NCBI GenBank assembly: GCA_021785655.1
Contig: JAJYET010000002.1
Location: 82,391-146,390 of the forward strand
Reading direction: 5' to 3'
Source of the DNA: a bacterium
Lineage (GTDB): Bacteria; Chloroflexota; Dormibacteria; Aeolococcales; Bog-877
Length of the DNA: 64,000 bases
Within the stretch, counting starts at the first letter, position 1; every line of letters starts with the position of its first letter. The notes beneath the pieces were generated by a model that had not been told where the DNA came from, did no database searches, and saw only the letters and a program-made list of their open reading frames with translations. Shown here one piece after another: positions 49,078-57,834 of this stretch. Both the position numbers and the translations under genes were made by a program.

Positions 49078-49385
49078 CTCTACCCCTCGTTGGACGGCTG
49101 GAAGCCGTCTGGTTGGCCAGCTCCGATGGGTCCGGCAGCGGTGGCGCCGGCTCCACGTTGTCGCGCTCGGGAATTGTGCCAAGTCGGGCGCGGCCCCCGC
49201 TGAGCCGCTCCCCCGGCAGGACCGCGAGGTGGTCCTGGGGAGCCGCATCGGTTTGGGCGACCTGCGAGCCCTCCTCGCCGCGGCCGGGCCGCACCAGCCT
49301 GCGTACGAAGGACTTCACCGGCCGGGTCGCCGGGTGCGGATGGCTGGCGGGATCCTGGGCCCCAAGCTGACGGCAATTGTATGGG

Positions 49386-50324
49386 TCACAGCCCCATCCC
49401 CTGGGCGACCGCGGCAGCTCGTTGGGGGGAGTCGACCTGGACCACGTTCGGACCGTCCAGCACCCTCTTGATCAGCGGCCCCAGGGTGGCTCCGGCACCG
49501 CACTCCAGGTAGCGCTCTGCCCCCGCCGCCTTCAGCGCCCGGACCGTGGCCGTCCACAGAACCGGGCTCTGCAGCTGAACCTCAAGCCCGCGGCGGATCT
49601 CGGCGGCGCTGCTCACCACCCGGCCCAGGGCCCCCGCGCCGACCGGGAAGGAGGGATCGGTGATCTCGGTCTCGGCGATGGCCGCGGCGAACTCGGCGGC
49701 CGGTCCGGCCATCAGGGGAGAGTGAAATGCGCCCCCGACCTGGAGCGGCACCACCCGGCGGGCACCGGCCTCCCGGGCCCTCCGGGACACCTCCTCCACC
49801 CCCGCGGCCGACCCCGAGACCACCTGCTGCTGGGGGCTGTTGTCGTTGGCCAGGACGCAGAGGGCACCGGACGCGGTGACCTCGGCGCAGATCGTCTCCA
49901 GGACGTCGGGCGCCAGTCCCAGGACGGCCGCCATGGTGCCCGGGGGAGCCCCCGCCATGGCTCGTCCCCGGCGGATCACAAGTCGCATGCCCGCTTCCGG
50001 GGCGATGGCTCCCGCAGCCACCAGGGCACAGTACTCCCCGAGGCTGTGGCCGGCGGCCAGGCTTGGCACCAGCCCCCCCTCTGAGAGCAGCCGGAACAGG
50101 GCCACCCCGGTGTAGAAGAGCGCCGGTTGGGCCGCCTCGGTCTGGCGCAGGTCGTCCGCTCCGGCGTCCAGGAGGAGCCAGCGCAACGGCACCCCGTCGG
50201 CTTCCGCGACCTCGATAAGGTCGAGGGAGCAGCCCTTTCCGACGAGCTCCGTCCCCATCCCGGGCGCCTGTGCCCCTTGACCGGGAAACACCAGGGCGTC
50301 GCCCCTCATCCCCTCCCCTGGCAC
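49386..50324 (-). CDS. fabD: malonyl CoA-ACP transacylase
   Basis: ALVFPGQGAQ, GHSLGEY (active Ser) and the acyltransferase fold are present. A ~300-bp non-coding gap separates it from acpP. There is no fabG between them. Confidence 0.9.
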   Translation of the reverse strand: MPGEGMRGDALVFPGQGAQAPGMGTELVGKGCSLDLIEVAEADGVPLRWLLLDAGADDLRQTEAAQPALFYTGVALFRLLSEGGLVPSLAAGHSLGEYCALVAAGAIAPEAGMRLVIRRGRAMAGAPPGTMAAVLGLAPDVLETICAEVTASGALCVLANDNSPQQQVVSGSAAGVEEVSRRAREAGARRVVPLQVGGAFHSPLMAGPAAEFAAAIAETEITDPSFPVGAGALGRVVSSAAEIRRGLEVQLQSPVLWTATVRALKAAGAERYLECGAGATLGPLIKRVLDGPNVVQVDSPQRAAAVAQGMGL

Positions 50325-50330
50325 GGGGCC

Positions 50331-50507
50331 CTACTCAGTCGCTATGACCTCCCGTCCCCGATACTGCCCACAGTTGGGGCACACCGTGTGCGGGCGGCGC
50401 GGGTGCCGGCAGCGGGGGCACGGAGCGAGGGCCGGCGCCGCCAACGCCAGGTGGGAGCGCCGCCGATCCCGGCGGGCCTTGGGCACGCGTTCCTTCGGAA
50501 GAGCCAT
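50331..50507 (-). CDS. rpmF: 50S ribosomal protein L32
   Basis: Hand-translated on the minus strand: MALPKERVPKARRDRRRSHLALAAPALAPCPRCRHPRRPHTVCPNCGQYRGREVIATE (58 aa). It has the L32 zinc ribbon. It is below the ORF-track size cutoff. Confidence 0.85.
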   Translation of the reverse strand: MALPKERVPKARRDRRRSHLALAAPALAPCPRCRHPRRPHTVCPNCGQYRGREVIATE

Positions 50508-50536
50508 CTCGGGCGCCAGTCTATCAGGTGACGGGG

Positions 50537-51064
50537 TCAGCGCCTCCGGCCGCGCCCCTTGGGCCTCTCCTCGCCGTCCCGTCCTGACTCCAGGGTCTCC
50601 AAGCCTCGGCGCACCTCGCTGAGAGCGCTGGAAAGTTGGGTCTCCAGCGACTCCATCCGCTCCCGGGCATAGTCGTCGGCGTCCTTGCGCATCTTGCGGT
50701 GGCGTTCCCGCGCCTCCGCGAGGAGCCGATCGGCCTCGGCGGTGGCCTGGCGGGTGATCTCGTGCTGATCGGTGAGGCGCTCGGCCCGTTCCTGGGCCGC
50801 GAGGATCGTCTGCTCCGCCTGCGCCTCCGCCTCGCGCAACCGGGCCTCCCGTGTCTCCAGCACGAGGCGAGCTTCCTTGATCTCATCCGGCAGCCCCACC
50901 CGGATCTGGTCGATGGCGTCCAAGATCTCGTCCTCGTTGATCACCACATTGGGGGTGAGCGGCACCCGGCGGCTCTGGTTCACCAGCGCCTCCAACTGGT
51001 CGAGGACGTCGAAGATCGAGACCCGCTCGCTCTCCACCCCGAAGTCGTCTTGGTCGTCGCTCAT
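50537..51064 (-). CDS. hypothetical acidic coiled-coil protein (occupies the yceD/DUF177 position upstream of rpmF but lacks Cys motifs)
   Basis: At 176 aa, it starts MSDDQDDFGVESERVSIFDVLDQLEALVNQ. It has long Glu/Arg/Ala heptad-like segments and a basic tail. Its ATG overlaps the coaD stop (ATGA). Confidence 0.55.
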   Translation of the reverse strand: MSDDQDDFGVESERVSIFDVLDQLEALVNQSRRVPLTPNVVINEDEILDAIDQIRVGLPDEIKEARLVLETREARLREAEAQAEQTILAAQERAERLTDQHEITRQATAEADRLLAEARERHRKMRKDADDYARERMESLETQLSSALSEVRRGLETLESGRDGEERPKGRGRRR

Positions 51065-51573
51065 GCTCCCTCCTCCGCTCTCGGGCGGGGACCCGCCTTC
51101 TCCAGCCGCTGGCGGAGCGCGGCCTCGACCGGCGCCGGCACCAGCCCCTGAACGCCCCCACCGTGGGCACACACATCCTTTATCAGCGACGAGCTGAGAT
51201 ACACGTTGGCAAAGCTGGTGGTCAGGAACACGGTGTGCACCCTGGGCTCCAGACGGCGGTTCATGAGCGCCATCTGGAACTCGCTGTCCAGATCCGACAC
51301 CGCCCGGAGGCCACGCACGATCACCGCCGCCCCCTGGCTGATCGCGAACTCCACGGCCAGCCCGGAGAAGTGGGCGACCTCCACGTCGCTCTCCGGGCCG
51401 AGGCTGTCGCGCACCATCTGGGCCCGCTCCGCGGCCGTGAACAGGCAGCGCTTGGCGGTGTTGTCCAGCACCCCCACCACCACCCTGTCGAAGATCATCC
51501 GAGCCCGCTTGATCACGTCCAAATGCCCCTCGTGGATGGGATCGAAACTCCCGGGATAGACGGCGGTGGTCAT
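51061..51573 (-). CDS. coaD: phosphopantetheine adenylyltransferase
   Basis: MTTAVYPGSFDPIHEGHLDVIKRA (HxGH nucleotidyltransferase motif) is present. The 225 upstream codons of the listed ORF are rejected. Confidence 0.9.
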   Translation of the reverse strand: MTTAVYPGSFDPIHEGHLDVIKRARMIFDRVVVGVLDNTAKRCLFTAAERAQMVRDSLGPESDVEVAHFSGLAVEFAISQGAAVIVRGLRAVSDLDSEFQMALMNRRLEPRVHTVFLTTSFANVYLSSSLIKDVCAHGGGVQGLVPAPVEAALRQRLEKAGPRPRAEEGA

Positions 51574-52235
51574 GGGGACCTCCGGTAGAAGGAGAGCACG
51601 GTGGAGCCGTAGCGGGCGACCCGCACGCAATTTAACGCCCCAGGAGCATCGTCCAGCACCAGCTCCCGGTGATGCTCCAGGACCACCGTGGGGTCCCAGC
51701 CAGGGACCTCGGCGGCCAGCCGGCCCACCTGGACCAGGAGACGTGCGAGCAGTTCCGGCCCGGGCGCTGCATATGGTGGGTCCGCCAGCACCAGCTGGGA
51801 GCGCGCCATGATGTCCCCACTGCGTCGGACCCAACCCTCGGCATCCTCGGTCACCACCTGGGCCCGATCCGAGAAGCCCAGGCTCAAACAGTTGCGGGCG
51901 ATCAGCTGGGCGCGCGCTGCCCTCACCTCCACGAAGGTGGCGTGGGCGGCACCCCGGGAGAGGGCCTCGATGCCCAGCGTCCCCACTCCGGCGCAGAGAT
52001 CGACCACCCTCATGCCGTACACCTGGTCGCCGAGGATGTTGAAGAGCGCTCCCCGGGCGACGCCCGAGGTGGCGCGGAGGTCGGGCTCCTCCACGGTGAG
52101 CAACCAGCGCCCCGCGGCCTCCCCGCCGGTGAGCCGCGCGCCCCGGGCCGGCCTCAGCCCGCGCCGGGTCAGACGTCTTGGCCCCCCTCCCGGGGCCAGG
52201 CCCGGGTCTGGGGCGGCGGGATTCCGGTGGTGCAT
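51570..52235 (-). CDS. rsmD: 16S rRNA (guanine966-N2)-methyltransferase RsmD-like
   Basis: ALFNILG...VVDLCAGVGTLGIEALSRGA...LVLADPPY (DPPY motif) are present. The exact start is uncertain. Confidence 0.75.
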   Translation of the reverse strand: MHHRNPAAPDPGLAPGGGPRRLTRRGLRPARGARLTGGEAAGRWLLTVEEPDLRATSGVARGALFNILGDQVYGMRVVDLCAGVGTLGIEALSRGAAHATFVEVRAARAQLIARNCLSLGFSDRAQVVTEDAEGWVRRSGDIMARSQLVLADPPYAAPGPELLARLLVQVGRLAAEVPGWDPTVVLEHHRELVLDDAPGALNCVRVARYGSTVLSFYRRSP

Positions 52236-52283
52236 GGTCAACTCCCATAGCATGGCAGCCCGAGCCGTCGGGGGAATCGGCCC

Positions 52284-54407
52284 TCAGTCGAACTCGAAGA
52301 CCACCCGATAGTCCCGGATCCCCCGCCGCAGGATGGGATCGGTCAGCTCGGGGTCCGCCCTGAGCACCGCCTCGGCCGCGGCCCGGGCCCGCTCCCGCAA
52401 GGGGTCGTCCAGCAGGTCGCCCACCCTCATCTCGGGGAAGCCGTGCTGCCGGAGCCCGTACGGATCGCCGGCCCCGCGGAGTCGCAGGTCGATCTCAGCC
52501 AGCTCAAAGCCGTCCGAGTGGTCGATCAGTGCCCGCAGGCGCGCGGACGCGGCCGGGTCCTCCTCCCCAACAAAGAGCAGGCAGTGTGCCCTTTGCGCGC
52601 CCCTACCCACCCGGCCGCGGAACTGGTGGAGCTGGGCCAGCCCGAACCTCCCGGCATCCTCGATCGCCATCACCGTGGCGTTGGGGACGTCGACTCCGAC
52701 CTCGACCACGCTGGTGGCCACCAGCAGGTCGTATTCGTGAGCGGCGAAGGACTCCATGCGCTCGGCCTTCTGCCGGGCCGGGAGGCGGCCATGCACCAGC
52801 ACCAGCCGGAGGTCCTGGAACACCTCCTTGGTGAGCCGTTCGTACTCGGCGATGGCCGAGCGCGCCTCCGCCCCAGGGCTGTCCTCGATGAGGGGGCAGA
52901 TGATGAACCCCTGCCTGCCGGAGGCCACCTCCGAGCGGATCAGCTGGTACGCGGCGTCCCGGCCCGCCGCCTCCACCAGCTCGGTGCGCACCGGCACCCG
53001 TCCCGGGGGCAGGGTGCGGATCTGGCTCACATCGAGGTCCCCGTAGAGGGTGAGATTGAGGCTGCGGGGGATGGGGGTGGCGGTCATGGAGAGGAAGTCG
53101 GGATTGAGGTCCACCTTCTCGCGCAGGCGCAGCCGCTGAGCCACCCCGAACCGGTGCTGCTCGTCCACGATGCAGAGCCCCAGTTGGGGGAAGCGCACCT
53201 CGTCCTCGATCAGGGCGTGGGTGCCCACCACCAGCTTGTCAGCACCGGCCAAGAGGCCGCCCAGGATCTCCCGCCGCTGGCGGGCACCGGTGCTCCCCAC
53301 CAGGAGGCGGGGATATATCTCGAAGGTCGACAGGAGCTCCCTCATCGTCTCCAGGTGCTGGCGTGCCAGGATCTCGGTGGGGGCCATGAGAACCACCTGA
53401 TGGCCGGCGGCGATGGCCATCCGGGCCGCCATCGCGGCCACGACCGTCTTCCCGGACCCGACGTCCCCCTGGAGCAGGCGGTTCATGGGCGAGGGTCGGT
53501 CGAGGTCGATCAGGATCTCGTGGGCGGCGCGGCGCTGGTCGTCGGTGAGGCGGAAGGGCAGGGCACGGGTGAAGGCGCGCGCCACCTCCACGTCGTAGGG
53601 GGATCTGGTGCCGGCGCGGGCCAGGCGCTGGCGGCGGGCCAGGAGTGCCGCAAGCTGGGGGTAGAAGAGCTCCTCGAAGCCGAAGCGCGCCCGGGCCGCA
53701 TCCAGCTGCCCCTGGTTCTCCGGGAAGTGGACCTGGCGCAAGGCCTCGCCCAGGGGCACCAGCCCCTCGCGCCGACGCACCTCCTCGGGCAGGGTCTCGT
53801 CGGCCAAGGCGGCCAGCGGCAGGAGCTCTCCCACCTTGGCCCGCAGCCACCTCGAGGTCAGGTGGGCGGTCTCGGGATAGACCGGGACCAGCCCCCCCAC
53901 GCTCACCTGGACTCCCTCTCGGCGCTCCAGCTGGACCTCGGGGTTGCGGAGCTGGAGCCGCTGGCCGGGGCGGCGGGTGGCCTGTCCGTGCAGGGTCACC
54001 CGCCGCCCGGCATGCAGGATTCGGCCCAGATGAGGCTGGTTGAACCAGATGACCCCGACGCTGCCGGTCTCGTCGCCGACCTCGGCCTCCACCAGCTCCA
54101 TCCGGCGTTGCCGGGCGCTCCTCAGGTGGACGGAGAGCACCTCGACCTCGACCGTGGCGCGCTCCCCGGGGCGCAGGTGCCCCACCGGGACCCGTCGGCG
54201 CTGATCCTCGTGGCGGCGTGGGAAGTGCCACAGGAGGTCCCGCACGGTGACCAGACCCAAGCGGCGCATCCCCGCCAGGCGCTCTCCCGAGATCTTGGGC
54301 AGCCGCTGCAGCGGGGTGTCCAGGGTGGGACCGACCGGTCGCCGGTCGGCCGCCTGGCCGCCGTGGTCAGCGGCGATCTGGGGCCGCCTCCAGGTAACAG
54401 TAGGCAA
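52284..54407 (-). CDS. recG: ATP-dependent DNA helicase RecG
   Basis: The wedge/OB N-domain is followed by the helicase motifs GDVGSGKT, DEQHRFG, and SMTATPIPRS. Confidence 0.9.
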   Translation of the reverse strand: MPTVTWRRPQIAADHGGQAADRRPVGPTLDTPLQRLPKISGERLAGMRRLGLVTVRDLLWHFPRRHEDQRRRVPVGHLRPGERATVEVEVLSVHLRSARQRRMELVEAEVGDETGSVGVIWFNQPHLGRILHAGRRVTLHGQATRRPGQRLQLRNPEVQLERREGVQVSVGGLVPVYPETAHLTSRWLRAKVGELLPLAALADETLPEEVRRREGLVPLGEALRQVHFPENQGQLDAARARFGFEELFYPQLAALLARRQRLARAGTRSPYDVEVARAFTRALPFRLTDDQRRAAHEILIDLDRPSPMNRLLQGDVGSGKTVVAAMAARMAIAAGHQVVLMAPTEILARQHLETMRELLSTFEIYPRLLVGSTGARQRREILGGLLAGADKLVVGTHALIEDEVRFPQLGLCIVDEQHRFGVAQRLRLREKVDLNPDFLSMTATPIPRSLNLTLYGDLDVSQIRTLPPGRVPVRTELVEAAGRDAAYQLIRSEVASGRQGFIICPLIEDSPGAEARSAIAEYERLTKEVFQDLRLVLVHGRLPARQKAERMESFAAHEYDLLVATSVVEVGVDVPNATVMAIEDAGRFGLAQLHQFRGRVGRGAQRAHCLLFVGEEDPAASARLRALIDHSDGFELAEIDLRLRGAGDPYGLRQHGFPEMRVGDLLDDPLRERARAAAEAVLRADPELTDPILRRGIRDYRVVFEFD

Positions 54408-55227
54408 GGGTGCCTGGCCCGGTATGGGTGCTGAGCACCGGACTGGCCTGGCTCATCAGCACCTCCATCCCCGGGTAGGTCCGTTGGGTGGCCTCCCGCA
54501 GCGCATCCCCCTCGTCGGGCGCGCCGACGTGGATGACCCCACAGCGCTCCAGCGGCGCGTGTTCGGCCAGCAGCTCGCCGAGGCGGGCTACCCCCGCCGA
54601 GTGGGAGCGGACGCGCCCCAGGGGCACCACCGAGCCGTCCGCCCCCAGCCCGATGAGGGGCTTTATCGAAAGCGCGGTTCCGAGCATGGCCCGGACCTTG
54701 CCGATCCGCCCCCCGAGAAGCAGGAACCGGAGAGTGTCGAGGAGGGCGATGATCCCCAGCCTGGGCGGCATGGTGGCCAGCGCAGTGGCGATCTGGGCCG
54801 CCGACTCCCCCCGTTCGGCGCGGTGGACCGCCTCCTGCACCAGGAAGCCGGTGGCCATACTCACCGTCCGGCTGTCGACCACCAGCACCCGCCCCGACCC
54901 GACCTGGTCGGCGGCGATGGAGGCTGAGCTCACCGTACCGCTGAGCACGGCGGCGAGGTGGATGGAGACCACCCCCTCAGCGCCGCCGCCGAGAAGCTCT
55001 CGGTATACCGCCTCGAAGTCACCCGGCGGCGGCTGGGAGGTGGTGGGAGGCTGACGGCCGCGTTCCAACCGGCGCACGAACTCCTGGTCGGAGATGTCCA
55101 CGCGGTCCCGATAGGTCTGCTCGCCGAAGTGGAGCCGGAGCGGCACCACAACCACGCCGTGGCGCCGGCGAAACTCCTCCGGGAGGTCGCAGGTGCTGTC
55201 GGTGACGATGCGGACCGCCACCGTCAC
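54367..55227 (-). CDS. DegV-family fatty-acid-binding protein
   Basis: VRIVTDSTCDLP is the DegV N-terminus. It is 286 aa. There is a 41-nt overlap with the recG start. Confidence 0.8.
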   Translation of the reverse strand: MTVAVRIVTDSTCDLPEEFRRRHGVVVVPLRLHFGEQTYRDRVDISDQEFVRRLERGRQPPTTSQPPPGDFEAVYRELLGGGAEGVVSIHLAAVLSGTVSSASIAADQVGSGRVLVVDSRTVSMATGFLVQEAVHRAERGESAAQIATALATMPPRLGIIALLDTLRFLLLGGRIGKVRAMLGTALSIKPLIGLGADGSVVPLGRVRSHSAGVARLGELLAEHAPLERCGVIHVGAPDEGDALREATQRTYPGMEVLMSQASPVLSTHTGPGTLAYCYLEAAPDRR

Positions 55228-56885
55228 TCCGCCGAGATGATGTAGGGGTACAGGGCCTGCCCCCCGTCGTGGGACTCCACCTCCAACTCCGGGAACCGCC
55301 CCTTGATCGCCAGCTCCAGACGGCGGGAGGCTGCAGCGTCAACGCCGGCCCCGCGATAGATCGTCACCACCTCGAGGGCCTGGCCCCCCAGCCCTCCCAG
55401 CGCCGCCCCCACCACCTCCTCGGCCCCGGACCCCACGGCCGCCACGTTTCCGTCGACCACGGCGATGGTGTCCCCCCGGGCGATCGCCCCGCCCGGGTAC
55501 CGGCTGGGACGGACCGCAGTGGTCACTTCGATGCAGTGGACGTCGGCCATGGCCCGCTGCATCCGCTTGCGATTCACCTCCAAGCCAACCTCCGGGTCGA
55601 AGGCCAGCAGGGCCGCTATCCCCTGGGGAAGATTGCGCGAGGGAACCACCGCGACCTGGCTCCTGCTGACCCGGGCCGCCTGCTCGGCCGCCAGCACCAG
55701 GTTGGGGTTGTTGGGCAGGAGCAGGACCTCGGCGCAGCGCGCCTCCCCGACCGCCCGGAGCAGCTCCTCGATGGCGGGGTTGCGCCCCTGCCCTCCCTCC
55801 ACCACCGCCGCCGCCCCCAGTCCCAGGAGGAGCTGGTGAAAGCCGAACCCCGGGGCCACCACCACCACCCCGCGGGTTCCCACCTGGGCCTCCGGCCGCC
55901 TTCCGGCTCGGGCCCGGGCCTCCTGGTGCTGGCGGGTCATGTCCTCCACCTTGAGCCGTTCGATGCGACCCAGCTCCGCCGCCCGCGTGAGCAGCTGCCA
56001 GGGCTCCGCGGTGTGGATGTGAACGTGCAAGAGCCCCGGGTCCCCCACCACGAGGGCGGAGTCATCCTCGTCCTCCTCCCCCCCCAGCCGCTGGCGGACC
56101 TCCAGCGCCCCGAGCTCGGATCCCACGAGGCTGAACTCGGTGCAGTAACCGAAGCCCTGCTCCGGGGAGGAGACCGCCAGCACCCCGGAGCGATGGCCGT
56201 CCCCCGCCAGGGCCACGGCATCCGGCTCCTGGAGGGATCCCGACCCCGAGATCTCCTCAGCCAGGGCGGTGAGGATGACGGCGGCGCCAAAGCCGCCGGC
56301 GTCGACCACCCCGGCCCGGCGCAGCACCTCCAGCTGGCTGCGACTCCGCTCGACCGCGTCCCAGGCCTCGGTGGCGGAGGCCTGCAGGACCTCGGCGAGG
56401 GAGGACCCTGAGGACGCGGCGGCGGCGGCCGCCTCGGAGGCGTCACGCACCACCGACAGGATGGTGCCCTCCACCGGCCGCTTGACCGCCCGGTAGGCCG
56501 CAGCGCTCCCCTCCCTCAGGGACGCGGCCAATTCGCCAGCGCCGATCTCTGCCTTGCCCTGAAGCCCTTCCGCCACGCCGCGGAGAATCTGCGAGAGGAT
56601 CACCCCCGAGTTGCCGCGGGCTCCCATGAGCGCGCCGTGGGCGACTGCGGCCGCCACCTCCCCAGCCTTCGGATCCGGCCCCAGGTTCTCGGCCTCCGCC
56701 AGCGCCGCCTGCAGGGTGAGGTGCATGTTGGTGCCGGTGTCCCCGTCCGGGACCGGGAAGACGTTGAGGTCGTTGATCCGCTCCCGCTGTTCGGAGAGTC
56801 GTGCCAGGGCCGAGCGCAATCCCCGCCTCAGCCCCCGTCCCAGCACCACCGCCGGAACCGGCGGCGAGACCTCAGGCGCCGCCAT
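55224..56885 (-). CDS. DAK2 domain fusion protein YloV (DhaL-like N-domain plus C-terminal domain)
   Basis: The DhaL-like N-terminal region (FPVPDGDTGTNMHLTL, ARGNSGVILSQI) is present. The protein is ~550 aa. It is positioned after asp23, as in Firmicutes (yloU-yloV). Confidence 0.8.
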   Translation of the reverse strand: MAAPEVSPPVPAVVLGRGLRRGLRSALARLSEQRERINDLNVFPVPDGDTGTNMHLTLQAALAEAENLGPDPKAGEVAAAVAHGALMGARGNSGVILSQILRGVAEGLQGKAEIGAGELAASLREGSAAAYRAVKRPVEGTILSVVRDASEAAAAAASSGSSLAEVLQASATEAWDAVERSRSQLEVLRRAGVVDAGGFGAAVILTALAEEISGSGSLQEPDAVALAGDGHRSGVLAVSSPEQGFGYCTEFSLVGSELGALEVRQRLGGEEDEDDSALVVGDPGLLHVHIHTAEPWQLLTRAAELGRIERLKVEDMTRQHQEARARAGRRPEAQVGTRGVVVVAPGFGFHQLLLGLGAAAVVEGGQGRNPAIEELLRAVGEARCAEVLLLPNNPNLVLAAEQAARVSRSQVAVVPSRNLPQGIAALLAFDPEVGLEVNRKRMQRAMADVHCIEVTTAVRPSRYPGGAIARGDTIAVVDGNVAAVGSGAEEVVGAALGGLGGQALEVVTIYRGAGVDAAASRRLELAIKGRFPELEVESHDGGQALYPYIISAE

Positions 56886-57258
56886 CGGCTCGCTCGGGCA
56901 GACGCAGCCCCTGGACATTGATGTCGACGCTGAGGACCGCCAGGCCCAGGTGGTGCTCCAGGCTGTAGGCGACCGAACTCATGAGGTTGTGAGCCACCTC
57001 CAGGATGCGCACCCCGTGTTCTACCACCACATACAGCTCAACCCGGATGCCCCGCTCCTCGATACGCAGGTCGATGCCCCGCTCGAAAGCGTCGCGGTTC
57101 AGAAGTTCAGCCAGCCCATCCCGAAAGCCGCGGTCGGCCATCCCCGCGACCCCGTAGCACTCCTCCGCAGCCCTGGCCGCCAGCGCCGCCACCACTCGAG
57201 GCGAGACCTCGACCGTGCCAAGGGGGTGGGTCTGGACCAACGGTCGTGCTCCGGGCAT
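56872..57258 (-). CDS. Asp23/Gls24-family alkaline shock protein
   Basis: It is ~128 aa, with a GVAGMAD...GIRVELYVVVEHGVRILEVAHNL pattern. It is divergent from rpmB. Confidence 0.75.
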   Translation of the reverse strand: MPGARPLVQTHPLGTVEVSPRVVAALAARAAEECYGVAGMADRGFRDGLAELLNRDAFERGIDLRIEERGIRVELYVVVEHGVRILEVAHNLMSSVAYSLEHHLGLAVLSVDINVQGLRLPERADGGA

Positions 57259-57383
57259 GAGTCCTCTTCCCCCACGTTGCGATCCGGCCACCGGCCGCTC
57301 GCGGCTGGTAGACTGCGGCGGAATGATACTTCGGGGCCGCCCGCCGGCCGGGCCCCGTCACTTAGCCTTCAACTGAGGTCGCC

Positions 57384-57575
57384 ATGGCCAAGCGGTGCGA
57401 GATCTGCGGCAAGGGGCCGGTCGCGGGCAACAACGTAAGCCACTCCAAGGTCCACACCAGGCGACGCTTCATGCCCAACCTGGTGAACGCCCGGGTGGCC
57501 CCGCGGGGCGGCGGGATGGCGAGGCGGATGCGGGTCTGCACCCGCTGCCTGCGCACCAGCATCAAGTCGGCCTAG
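57384..57575 (+). CDS. rpmB: 50S ribosomal protein L28
   Basis: [35 protein letters not shown].....[11 protein letters not shown] is canonical L28 with a zinc ribbon. Confidence 0.9.
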   Translation: MAKRCEICGKGPVAGNNVSHSKVHTRRRFMPNLVNARVAPRGGGMARRMRVCTRCLRTSIKSA

Positions 57576-57783
57576 CCCGCCCGACGCCCGGGGCGCAGCC
57601 AGCTCCGCGCCTGTAAGGACGGCTCCGGCTGGGGGGTCGAGAGGTGATGAACCACCCGACCCGGATCGGCGGGCGCCGCACCGGCCTTGGCCCGAAAAGC
57701 CCCCACCCTGCTCCACGTCGGCCCCGGAATGTCGCCGGAGCCATTCTGCCTGGGTGCCCTCGCCGCGTGGGTCCGGGGCCCGC

Positions 57784-57834
57784 CCGCATCTACAAGGGCT
57801 CTGGTTGGGCGCCCGGAGATGCGGGTATAAACCA
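57784..57834 (+). promoter_or_regulatory. 8-bp perfect inverted repeat CCGCATCT...AGATGCGG followed by AT-rich GTATAAACC, immediately upstream of the second GT4 gene
   Basis: Read directly in the sequence. It sits in an unusually AT-rich leader for this genome. Confidence 0.25.

Noticed and set aside
49078-49385. 98-aa minus-strand ORF in the fabD-acpP gap (possible fabG remnant or small gene)
   Set aside because: The translation is Gly/Pro/Arg-rich with no SDR or other motifs. The gap is more likely a 5'-UTR or promoter region for acpP.
51574-52248. N-terminal 225 codons of the listed 395-aa ORF containing coaD
   Set aside because: The upstream part overlaps rsmD in another frame and is Gly/Pro/Arg junk. 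The real coaD starts at MTTAVYPGSFDP (51573). The same logic was applied to trim ispG, rnc, the PH-domain gene, the amidotransferase, the GDE gene and dsrE.
57576-57640. Possible intrinsic terminator after rpmB
   Set aside because: Only a 5-bp GGCGC/GCGCC stem with no U-tract. Not convincing.
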